Of a stretch of DNA of 64,000 nt, positions 8,616-17,535 are shown piece by piece. This stretch comes from Phycisphaeraceae bacterium. GTDB taxonomy: Bacteria > Planctomycetota > Phycisphaerae > Phycisphaerales > Phycisphaeraceae. The translations under genes were made by a program, and so were the position numbers. The notes beneath the pieces are model-generated. The model saw nothing but the letters and a program-made list of their open reading frames with translations, made no database searches and had not been told where the DNA came from. The DNA is taken from the NCBI GenBank assembly GCA_963674705.1, contig OY771506.1, positions 1,568,001 through 1,632,000 of the forward strand, read 5' to 3'. How positions within the stretch are numbered: the first letter of the stretch is position 1; each line of letters starts with the position of its first letter.

Positions 8616-10205
8616 TCAGTGAACGAAACGGCTACGGCGTATGAGCAGTAAGCCTGTACAACTCAGTATCGCAATGCTTGCCGGTTCGGGAATTGCAGCT
8701 ACTGGTGGCGTTCCGTTGTTCCAGTCATTCAGGATGATGTCGAGGTCGTCGAGGCCGACATAGCCGTCACCGGAGGGGTCGGCAATGCTGTCGGCGGGTG
8801 GGACGCTTTGGTTCCATCCGGCGAGGACGATATCCAGATCATCGAGGCCGACGAAGCCGTCGCCGTTCAGGTCGCCGGGCAGCGAACCGATGGGCAGCGT
8901 GATGTCGAGTGTAGCGCCTGTTGCGTCGAGTGAGACGGTTTCATAATACGTCAGTCCGTCAACGGTGACTTCGATGGTGTGTTCGCCATGGAAAGCGCGG
9001 AGTAACGCCTGGCCGATCGCATCGGTGTCGAGTGTTTCGTCCGTCATGAACTGGTCAAGCACGAGGTCTTCCCAGACCTGGACCATGGGTGTTTCGGACC
9101 AGTCGAGGTTGAACATCGCGGCGTCGGGCCGCCAATGCCTGCCTTCCCAGAAGCCCCAGAGCATGAAGCCTTCTGTACCGGGGTGAGCGAACACAGCCGT
9201 GAGGAAGTCACGCAAGTAGTTTGCTTTGAGTGCTTCCCGTTCGCTCTCGCTGGCATTGGAGTCGGGGACCAAGTCGTACTCGGTGATGGTGATGGGCACG
9301 CCGGTTGCGTAGAACTGATCGAGGATGCCCCAGACGTCTTCGATATCGGTTAATGAACCGGCGTTGAAGTGGCCCTGCATGCCGATCCCGTCGAGGTTGA
9401 CGTTGTTATTCAGCAGGTAGTTGATGGTGTTGAGGTATTGCTGGCGGGTCCACCAGTTGCCATCCTGCGTGATGATGTTGTACTCGTTGATAAAGAGTTG
9501 CGAGTTGGTGGCTGAATCTGCACGGTTGAACGCATCGACGAGGATGCTGTCGCCGAAGATACCCATCAGATCGTTGTTGGTTCGCGGCTCATTGATCACG
9601 TCCCATTCCACGACACGGTTGCCCACCGCGGCAGTCACCTCATCAATATGATCGTAGATTTCCTGGCGCAGCGCGGTGGGATTGCTTGCGTAGCTTTGCA
9701 GGTATGTAGGCAGGTTGCTCCAGCCGGGCCAGAGCAGGACGTGGCCGCGGTTGTCGATGTCGCGAGCGTTGAGGTAGTCGAGCGTCTGGATTGCGCGGTC
9801 GAGGCTGTAGCTGGGGCCCCACTCCCCTTCCAGCGGAACCCACTTCAACGAGTTTTCGATAGTGGCGGTGTTAAACAGCTCCTCAAACTTCTGGCGATAG
9901 ATCGCGTCGTCGCTGGTATAGCCGAGTATCTGATTGACCGACACAGCCGAGCCGAATTGGTAGGCCTGCTTGGTTTGCAGCACATGGACCTCGGCATCCG
10001 AGACGGGATTGCCGAATTGATCCAGGACGTTGATGGTCAGGTCGGCCTTACGGTTCTGATCGATCATGATCTCGGCTGTGGCGCGCCAGGCGGCATCCGA
10101 CTCCGCCCCGCCGTACTGCGCCAGCGCAGGAATCGCAGCCGTCATCACAGCTGTCGACAACGATAAAGCCATGACGGCGTTGAACATTGAACGGCTCATA
10201 TTCAT
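8616..10205 (-). CDS. Secreted GH10 xylanase with dockerin-like domain and PEP-CTERM anchor
   Basis: Signal peptide, ENSLKW, RGHVLLWP, WDVINEP, GIGMQGH, ITEYD; GDLNGDGFVGLDDLD repeat; IPEPASIAIL...RRSR. Confidence 0.92.
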   Translation of the reverse strand: MNMSRSMFNAVMALSLSTAVMTAAIPALAQYGGAESDAAWRATAEIMIDQNRKADLTINVLDQFGNPVSDAEVHVLQTKQAYQFGSAVSVNQILGYTSDDAIYRQKFEELFNTATIENSLKWVPLEGEWGPSYSLDRAIQTLDYLNARDIDNRGHVLLWPGWSNLPTYLQSYASNPTALRQEIYDHIDEVTAAVGNRVVEWDVINEPRTNNDLMGIFGDSILVDAFNRADSATNSQLFINEYNIITQDGNWWTRQQYLNTINYLLNNNVNLDGIGMQGHFNAGSLTDIEDVWGILDQFYATGVPITITEYDLVPDSNASESEREALKANYLRDFLTAVFAHPGTEGFMLWGFWEGRHWRPDAAMFNLDWSETPMVQVWEDLVLDQFMTDETLDTDAIGQALLRAFHGEHTIEVTVDGLTYYETVSLDATGATLDITLPIGSLPGDLNGDGFVGLDDLDIVLAGWNQSVPPADSIADPSGDGYVGLDDLDIILNDWNNGTPPVAAIPEPASIAILSCTGLLLIRRSRFVH

Positions 10206-10266
10206 ATCCCTCCAAGTCTGCTGCCGGATTTGGCGTTGTCGCCTCCGGTGTGCAGAATACAGCAGA

Positions 10267-10280
10267 GAAAAGCGTTTTAC
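10267..10280. promoter_or_regulatory. Putative LacI operator (GAAAAGCGTTTTAC)
   Basis: Upstream of the secreted GH10 gene. Confidence 0.6.
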
Positions 10281-10355
10281 TTGATCAGTCTAGCGTATCC
10301 AGAGGGCAATTGGAAGCATTTATCCGGCGGATTTCACAATGTCATTGGTAGCCGA

Positions 10356-13300
10356 TCAGGGCTCGATAAAGCGTACCGCTTCGAGCCGGAGGTTGCGGTC
10401 CTCGCCGTTGCCTGAGCCATCGTTGAAAAACCGCAGGCCGAGGGTGTGTTCACCGGCATCCAGATCCAATTCAAGTGGGCCGAAGTCGGCGGTCTGCTCG
10501 TTATTCAGTTCGAGTTCTCCCGCAGGCATTTCATCGATCAGCACGCGGAGTTTGCAGTACTCGCCTTGATAGGGTGTGGACGAGCCGCGGAGCGTCAGGC
10601 TGTACTCGGCGGATCGTTCGACCTTGAACGGCGCCTGCACCAGGCCGTTGGCGCGGATGGTCAGTGAAGATGGTTTGGCTTCGTAATACGGGCTTTCACC
10701 GATCAGTTTGAAGTGCGTCAGCGGGAGGTCGGTCGTATTGGGCCCGGCCACGGGCGGCTGAAACGATGCGCCGAGGTTTGCCAGCAGTGCGGATAGATAG
10801 CGCCTGCTCTTGGCGGCGTTCGGGCCTTCAGACTCAAGTATGGTTGAATCGATAACGATCGAATCATCCACACGCACGATGGAAGCGGGGAGCGTGAGAA
10901 CCTCAACGTTGTTGGGATAGTTCAGGCGCCGGCCGATCGTGATCTTGTCGATGAGCAGTCGGCCGAAGGGGCCTCGTGGCTGATTCCGTTCGGCGACAAG
11001 TGAGATGTGGTTAACACCTTTGTTCAATTCAAGCAGGCCTCGCTTCATCTGGGGCTGGATCATGCATGCCAGCTTGCCGTTGACATGCACTTGGATCTGT
11101 GGGGCTGCATCACCTTCATCCGGCGAACTGCCTCTAAACGTGATCGGATACATACCCGCTTCGGGCGCATCGATCTCAAATGTGGCGTAGCCGAGCGCGA
11201 TCGCGATGACGCTGTCGCGCACGACGATGAAGCCGTTATCTCGGCCGTTCCATGGGATGTCTGTGATATTGACTTCATCGCCTTCAAGTTCATCCAGAGG
11301 GGCTATGGATGGGGAATCATCCGAGGTTGGCAGAATAAGTGCCGAGGCGCTGGGCTTAAGCGCTATCGTTCGCTTCCAGCCGACGGACTCGGTGGTGTAG
11401 GTCAGGTCTTCGCGCGAGATACCTTGAAGTAAATCGTCGTTGCGAGTGCGAATGACGGATGCGTTTGCTGTTGCGTCCAGTGTCAGTGAAGTCAGGCCAA
11501 GCGACTGGTTGAGCGTTTCCCAGCCGGTGGTTTTGGGTTGATGCCAATAGATTTTGCCGCTGCGTTTGTGATATGCCGTGATGGCATCGCGTGAATCGGA
11601 CAACGCTTGGTCGTTGCCGGCGATGATCAGCAGGTCTGCGTCAGAAAGGTCTTGCTGTGAAACAGAGCGATCGAAGTGGTCAAATGCTAGTCCTACTTTA
11701 CGTAGTAGCGACAAGAGCACTTCATCGTTACCCAGCACGACGGTTTTATGCACTGTGGTTGAAGTCTTGCTCGCAGCGTAGTCGACTGCATTTTGAAGCA
11801 AGCGATCGGCGGCGGGTTCGATACTTTTCTTCTCCCCTGCCAATGCCTGCAACAGCACGACGTAGCCTTTGCCGACGGGCATCTCGGCCACGGGGCCTTG
11901 CCTTAATGAACGTTCGCCGCCGGAGACAAGCACGCCGCGCCCCCCGCCGTGGCCGGGTCGGACGATCTCGTATCGGCTGACATAATGGTCGGGGTGCCAG
12001 TGCTTGAGGCTATCGGCGTCAATGCCCTGCAGTAGCGGATGATCGGGGTCGATCGCGAAAGTCATCGTCGCGGCGTGTTCGATCAATTCAAGGCCAAGCC
12101 CGAGTGGCGCAAGCGTGGTTTGTTCCAGCACGACAACGCGGCCGCCTCGGTTGGCATAATCCAGGAAAGCGGCGGTGTTGAACTGCTTGGCGCCGATGGT
12201 CGTGATGTCGCTGGCTTGGGTACCACCCAGCGCAGTCGGTGCGATCAGCAGGATCGTTTTCTGCGGCTGTTGGATACTGGCTAATGAATTAAGCGAATCA
12301 ATCGCGTTCGGCCAAGCGCCTGAGGTATCGAATGCGATCAGCTTTACATCGTCCGGCACGACTAACTGTTGCTGCTTCCAGACTTCCAACTCGTGTTCAA
12401 CTTCATGAAAGACTTTGCCGCCGCTTTGCAGTTTCGTGGTAAAGGAAAGTGTGCCGGGAGTTGCCGGCGTTTTGATCGAGAGCGTGACGCGCTGGTACCC
12501 GCCGGGATCGAGCGAGACTTTTTGCTCGACGGGCTTCACCTTGCCTGATTGTTCGGTCATGCGAAGCGTCATATCGAGCGGTGTTGGGCCGTCGTTGAAT
12601 ACGTCGAACTTAAAGTCGAATGTCTGGCCGGGGTAGGCGCGTTTATCATGGCTGTATAGAAATACTGCGACATGTTTGTAATAGTCCTGCGGGTCCTGGA
12701 ACGATCCCCACGGGCACAGGCCCGATACGTTTGCCCGGCGGTAAGCAAGGGTCTGATCGTTTTGGGCACGGAACTTGGCTTGCATCCAGTATTCGTAGCG
12801 GTTTTGGTAGGCGTCTTCTCCGAAGTAGACGCTGCCGATGGAGTAATCTTCGAACGGTGCCCAGAGGTATTCGCCGATGTAGAGTGGTTTTTTGCGTTCC
12901 CAGAAGAAGTCGGAGCTTGCCTGGCCGAGCATGCCGCCGGCCGCTTCGGTCTGAACACGTTTGGCGAGCCAGTCGCCCGTGTTCGGGTACGCGAAGTTGG
13001 CGGGGATTTCGTGCGGATAATGCAGGCCGATCACGTCGTATGCACCGTCCGGATCGATGTCGGCTTCAAAGGTGTAAAGATGATGCGGATCGATCTGCTT
13101 GGCAAAGCGTGCCATGTCGCCGAGCTTGCGAGGCAGGTCGGTTGCGCGGTCGGCGTTACCCATAAAGAGGATTTCGTTACCCAGTGAGTACAAAACAACC
13201 GACGGCCGGTTGCGATAGGTTTTGAGCATGTTCTCGATGTGGTTGCGGTAGTTAGACCAGAAGCGGTCGTCATCGTAGCCGTACATCCCTTCGCCGTCGG

Positions 13301-14504
13301 TGTAGACCGCGGTTTCGGGGATCATCATGATGCCCAGTTCGTCGGCGATGTCGTACCAGTGGTGCTGCCAGCCCCCGAGGTGTGTGCGGAATGCGTTGAC
13401 GTTCTGGCTCTTGAAGTTTTCGAGCATCGAGCGGATTTTCTCACGCGGCTGCGGGCGCGAGGGCGGCCATTCACTATCAGCAAGCAGGTGCCGTTTCACA
13501 CCGTTCAGATAGAAGTCAGGCCCATCCGCCCAGAACTCCTTAAACCCGAAACGTTCATCTAGTTGGTCTACTAATTGGTCCGATTCATCGTGAAGCTGTA
13601 AACGCAGTGTGTAAAGGTGCGGGTCTTCCGGCGACCAGACGTGTGCATCAGCAAAAGCGGTTGATGATTTCCAGTTGCCTTGCTTATCTAGGTTGGCTTT
13701 GACTGATTCAAGCACGACGTTACCGCTATCGAGTACTTGCGCTGTGATGGTTAAACCGTTCGTGCCGCCCTTGCTGTCAACACGACCTTCAAGATTCAGT
13801 TGCATCTTGCGTGTGGATGGCGTGATGATTAATTCATCGCGCACGATGTGTGTGATCGGCGTGGCATAGAGCGAAGCGCTGTCCCAGATGCCGACGAAGT
13901 CTTTGTAGCCACCGATGGGGGCAAGCACCTTGCCGCGCCGGCTTTCGTTGCTGTAGGCATTGCCGCGCGGCATGGGTTCTGCATAGACAGCGGTCTGATC
14001 AAGCGTGAGTACCGCCAGCTCGTGAGTTGAACCCGGCGAGATAGCATCGGTGATTTCGACGACCAGGGGATGCCAGCCGTCGAGACGATCGCCTATGAGT
14101 CGGCCGTCGATATAAATGTGGGGATGATACAGCGCGCCACCGAGGTGGACGAAAACACGTTTGCCTGTCCAGTTATGAGGGATCTCGATGCTGCGTTTGA
14201 CCCAGACCTGCCGGTGTGGATGGTAGAGGGTAATGTGGTTGACGCCCGGGACGGCTTGGTCTTGCCAAGTGGTTACCTGATCGAGATCGGTTCCGTAGGG
14301 GACCATGGCTCCCTGCCAGGTGCCGTCGAGAGAGATATAAGTTCTTGGATTGGGCGTTTGTGCATACGCGGAATTCAGATGGAATGCTAACACCAGCATT
14401 AGAAGGCAGATAGCCATGATTATGACCCGGGAACGCTTAAGAGAGGACCAGGCGCAATAGGCGATGTCGAGCCGGGGCGTTGATGCCTGACGGTGGTAGG
14501 TCAT
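10356..14504 (-). CDS. Large secreted GH2-family glycoside hydrolase with C-terminal CBM60-like module
   Basis: ISLDGTW, WSPEDPHLY, RFGFKEF, FYLNG, NAFRTH, SLGNE (acid/base), YIGEY (nucleophile); C-terminal FFNDGSGNGEDRNL resembles CBM60. Confidence 0.8.
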   Translation of the reverse strand: MTYHRQASTPRLDIAYCAWSSLKRSRVIIMAICLLMLVLAFHLNSAYAQTPNPRTYISLDGTWQGAMVPYGTDLDQVTTWQDQAVPGVNHITLYHPHRQVWVKRSIEIPHNWTGKRVFVHLGGALYHPHIYIDGRLIGDRLDGWHPLVVEITDAISPGSTHELAVLTLDQTAVYAEPMPRGNAYSNESRRGKVLAPIGGYKDFVGIWDSASLYATPITHIVRDELIITPSTRKMQLNLEGRVDSKGGTNGLTITAQVLDSGNVVLESVKANLDKQGNWKSSTAFADAHVWSPEDPHLYTLRLQLHDESDQLVDQLDERFGFKEFWADGPDFYLNGVKRHLLADSEWPPSRPQPREKIRSMLENFKSQNVNAFRTHLGGWQHHWYDIADELGIMMIPETAVYTDGEGMYGYDDDRFWSNYRNHIENMLKTYRNRPSVVLYSLGNEILFMGNADRATDLPRKLGDMARFAKQIDPHHLYTFEADIDPDGAYDVIGLHYPHEIPANFAYPNTGDWLAKRVQTEAAGGMLGQASSDFFWERKKPLYIGEYLWAPFEDYSIGSVYFGEDAYQNRYEYWMQAKFRAQNDQTLAYRRANVSGLCPWGSFQDPQDYYKHVAVFLYSHDKRAYPGQTFDFKFDVFNDGPTPLDMTLRMTEQSGKVKPVEQKVSLDPGGYQRVTLSIKTPATPGTLSFTTKLQSGGKVFHEVEHELEVWKQQQLVVPDDVKLIAFDTSGAWPNAIDSLNSLASIQQPQKTILLIAPTALGGTQASDITTIGAKQFNTAAFLDYANRGGRVVVLEQTTLAPLGLGLELIEHAATMTFAIDPDHPLLQGIDADSLKHWHPDHYVSRYEIVRPGHGGGRGVLVSGGERSLRQGPVAEMPVGKGYVVLLQALAGEKKSIEPAADRLLQNAVDYAASKTSTTVHKTVVLGNDEVLLSLLRKVGLAFDHFDRSVSQQDLSDADLLIIAGNDQALSDSRDAITAYHKRSGKIYWHQPKTTGWETLNQSLGLTSLTLDATANASVIRTRNDDLLQGISREDLTYTTESVGWKRTIALKPSASALILPTSDDSPSIAPLDELEGDEVNITDIPWNGRDNGFIVVRDSVIAIALGYATFEIDAPEAGMYPITFRGSSPDEGDAAPQIQVHVNGKLACMIQPQMKRGLLELNKGVNHISLVAERNQPRGPFGRLLIDKITIGRRLNYPNNVEVLTLPASIVRVDDSIVIDSTILESEGPNAAKSRRYLSALLANLGASFQPPVAGPNTTDLPLTHFKLIGESPYYEAKPSSLTIRANGLVQAPFKVERSAEYSLTLRGSSTPYQGEYCKLRVLIDEMPAGELELNNEQTADFGPLELDLDAGEHTLGLRFFNDGSGNGEDRNLRLEAVRFIEP

Positions 14505-14565
14505 AGATAGGGTTCCATGCGCCGAAGGGAGTTCCGAGTGGCGGTTTGGCGCGGTTCAAAATCAA

Positions 14566-14579
14566 GACAAACGTTTTAC
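14566..14579. promoter_or_regulatory. Putative LacI operator (GACAAACGTTTTAC)
   Basis: Upstream of the GH2 gene. Confidence 0.6.
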
Positions 14580-14795
14580 TTTCAGGTAACTTACGATCAT
14601 TGGGGTATTCCTGTCAAGCATTTTTGCCGGTTGTTCGGCACATCCACGATAAGGCAAGCGGGCCGACAGAACGTAGCTTAAGCCTCATTTGAACAAAAGA
14701 AAAGACGAAAATATGGCTTTCTGACACGATCAAGGGCGAAATAATGTGTTTGTACTTGCTTCCGGCATTATCTGATGAAAAATCAAGGTTGACCC

Positions 14796-14847
14796 TTGAC
14801 ACCTGCGGGCAAGGCTATTAACTTAATACGTAGGTAAAACGTTTTTC
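14796..14847 (+). promoter_or_regulatory. Sigma70 promoter plus downstream LacI operator for the DUF1559 operon
   Basis: TTGACA (14796-14801), 17 bp, TAACTT (14819-14824), then GTAAAACGTTTTTC (14834-14847). Confidence 0.65.
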
Positions 14848-14967
14848 ATGGTTCGGTTCATCCGCCGCGGGCTACGGGGCAGTCAACTCTTGAGCCCCGA
14901 AACCAAGCGGCCGCAAGTCTAAGCGGCGTGAACTGAAGCCCGTTGGGTTGCCTTGGAGGATATCAAG

Positions 14968-15900
14968 ATGGCGCATCGCCGAGCCTTCACGCTGATTGAA
15001 TTACTGGTCGTGATCTCCATCATAGCGCTGCTGGTCGGCATCCTCCTGCCTGCACTGGGCGCTGCCCGGCGGACCGCCCGCAGCGCCATGTGTCTAAGCA
15101 ACCAGCGCCAGATCATGGTGGCCCAACACAGCTACGCCGCGGATAACAATGACGTGTTCGCGCCCGGGCAGGATTGGCAGACGATCAGCCTGGATGGTGA
15201 AAATATCACGGGGCCCTACTGGTTTGTGATCCTTACCGCCCAGAATTATGCCGGCGGCTCCCGCGGCGCGGCGGTTGGCTCCAGCGTCTACATGTGCCCG
15301 GAAGGATCGGATGAGCAGATCAATTCAAACGATCTTTTCACAGCCGCAGGCATGATGCCGAATACGAGTGGGACTGAGGACCCACGAGCGAATCCCCTTG
15401 GCTTGGCATTTCTTGCACAAGGCGACACATCAAATCCGGAAAGGCAGTTGCGCACCAACTACGCGGTCAACACGACGTCGAATGCTGACCCGCCTTACGG
15501 CGCCAAGGTGGCGATGCAATCCGCTTTCCCGATGCAATACAGCTATCCGGCTGCTCCGGATAAGGCTAAATATCTGCCCCGAACCAACCTCGATGAAATG
15601 AAGTGGCCTGAAGAAACGATCACTTTCTTTGACGGGGTCGCCGCCACGATGGTGTATGCCGGAGGCACCAATGCGTTTGGGCGGATGGTGAATCGTCACG
15701 GTGACAATATCAACTATGCTTTTGTCGGTGGTCACGCTGCAGGTGTCAGCACAGCAAGAGTCCCCGATCCAACCAGCAACATGGCAACCGCCTATTGGGC
15801 GCAGTGGAACAACCCGACGGGTGTCGGGCCGCGCATCATGATTAATGCGGAGAATGAGTACGACATCAAAGTGCTCGCGTACAACCCGTTCACGAAGTGA
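14968..15900 (+). CDS. Prepilin-type N-terminal cleavage/methylation protein, DUF1559-like (xylan locus)
   Basis: [30 protein letters not shown]...[13 protein letters not shown]-terminal [23 protein letters not shown] before ATG 14968. Confidence 0.92.
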   Translation: MAHRRAFTLIELLVVISIIALLVGILLPALGAARRTARSAMCLSNQRQIMVAQHSYAADNNDVFAPGQDWQTISLDGENITGPYWFVILTAQNYAGGSRGAAVGSSVYMCPEGSDEQINSNDLFTAAGMMPNTSGTEDPRANPLGLAFLAQGDTSNPERQLRTNYAVNTTSNADPPYGAKVAMQSAFPMQYSYPAAPDKAKYLPRTNLDEMKWPEETITFFDGVAATMVYAGGTNAFGRMVNRHGDNINYAFVGGHAAGVSTARVPDPTSNMATAYWAQWNNPTGVGPRIMINAENEYDIKVLAYNPFTK

Positions 15901-16018
15901 TCTTTCGGTCCGGGTTCGGTTTTACCGAATCGGGGCCCGTTTGCGATGAATATGATCTGAACGTTTACAAATTTGAGTCGCCTGATTAAAGCTCTCACAC
16001 TTCACAGGAGGATGGAAT

Positions 16019-17290
16019 ATGTTCGAGGCTCATATATGGAAAACCACGGCCGCTGCTGTTGTCGGTCTGGCTTTTGCCGCGACCGCTTCGGCGCAAAACG
16101 ACCCGCTGGCGCAGATTGACGTCGATTGGAACGGCAGCCCAACCTACACACCTGATGGCTTCACGGCCTGGGGTAGCTTTGAGCCGACGGCGCTGACCAC
16201 GGGTAATACCCATACCCAGACTTTCGGATCGATCACGTTGGCGATGACGCCGACCTATGGTCCGGACAACGGCGAGACCACCGGAGCGCTCGACGGCGAA
16301 CAGCGCTACATGGAATTCGGTGAAGGCAACGATCTTTATCGCAAGGATGTCTACGACGACTTCGTCCTCCTGCCGCGTAATACCGCCATCGGTATCGGGC
16401 AAAATTACTTTACGTATGAATTGAGCGGTCTGGCTGCGGATTCGGTCATCCGCGTTCGCATGTATAACTACGAACCCAACGCCAGCCCCGCGGACGAGAA
16501 CGCCGTCTATATGGCTTACAGCGCGGTGGACTCCGGCTTGTCATCCAGCTATCAACCTGCGGCGGACAACGCCGGTGAATATGCCAACCTCACACCCATG
16601 CTTCAGCGCAGCCGGTACACCGGGCCTTGGCCCGCCGACCCGGCGGTCGGTGATCCTTTGGGTTATGCGGTCGACTTCACCATCGCGACGGATGCGCTGG
16701 GCGAAGCCGTCTTCTATGGCTGGGCCGATCCGCTGAGCTACTCGCTTGATTCGGCGGGCCGATTCAACGGCATGGAAGTCTTTGCCCAGCAACTTGGCGA
16801 CATGAACTTCGACGATGTGGTTGACGCCAACGACGCCCCGATGTTCTACGACATCATCGCCGGCAACCTGCCGCAGGCTGTCGGTCTGGATGTCGCTGAT
16901 ATCACCAGCTTCGCGGCCGGTGTAGACCCGGGCGCACACGCTTGGGACGCCGCTGCTGATATGAACGGTGACGGCGTGCTCGACTTGGCCGACACCGCCC
17001 TGTTTGATGCCCTGATCGGGGCAAGTATCCCCGGCGATCTGAACGGCGACGGGTTTGTCGGCCTTGACGATCTGGACATCATCCTCGGCGCGTGGAACCA
17101 GAACGTACCACCTGCCGACGAGGCCGCCGACCCGTCCGGTGACGGTTTCGTGGGGCTGGACGATCTGGACATCGTGCTCAATAACTGGAATGCGGGCACA
17201 CCGCCGGCAGGATCGGTTGTTCCCGAACCCGCCAGCCTTGCCCTGCTGGGGCTGGGGATTGCTGCGATGATGCGTCGCCGCAGCTTCTGA
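16019..17290 (+). CDS. Non-catalytic secreted protein with two dockerin-like domains and PEP-CTERM
   Basis: Signal peptide (ATASA); GDMNFDD...ADMNGDGVLD module, then the GDLNGDGFVGLDDLD module; VPEPASLALLGLGIAAMMRRR. Confidence 0.85.
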   Translation: MFEAHIWKTTAAAVVGLAFAATASAQNDPLAQIDVDWNGSPTYTPDGFTAWGSFEPTALTTGNTHTQTFGSITLAMTPTYGPDNGETTGALDGEQRYMEFGEGNDLYRKDVYDDFVLLPRNTAIGIGQNYFTYELSGLAADSVIRVRMYNYEPNASPADENAVYMAYSAVDSGLSSSYQPAADNAGEYANLTPMLQRSRYTGPWPADPAVGDPLGYAVDFTIATDALGEAVFYGWADPLSYSLDSAGRFNGMEVFAQQLGDMNFDDVVDANDAPMFYDIIAGNLPQAVGLDVADITSFAAGVDPGAHAWDAAADMNGDGVLDLADTALFDALIGASIPGDLNGDGFVGLDDLDIILGAWNQNVPPADEAADPSGDGFVGLDDLDIVLNNWNAGTPPAGSVVPEPASLALLGLGIAAMMRRRSF

Positions 17291-17331
17291 TAGTAACACT
17301 TGTTTTTGATACACTTATATGATTTGGCTTC

Positions 17332-17361
17332 ACCGGTAGTCTTTCAGGGCTACCGGTTTTT
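17332..17361 (+). terminator. Intrinsic terminator
   Basis: ACCGGTAGTC-loop-GGCTACCGGT followed by a T run. Confidence 0.7.
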
Positions 17362-17535
17362 CGTTGTGTTTGACTTACAGTGAAAAAAGTCCGTCTAACG
17401 GGTTTAACAAGTTTGTCATTCTGATTTTGACGTTAAAATTGGTAATTTCAGTGTGAAACTGACAACGGGTCTCTATCCAGAAGTGTTTAACTTGTTTACC
17501 CTAGTGTAATCCAGTGTTGGGAGTTTCAGTTTTAA

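Noticed and set aside
15956..15969. TCTGAACGTTTACA as a ninth LacI operator
   Set aside because: Only the AACGTTT core matches; the flanks deviate and no promoter was seen nearby.
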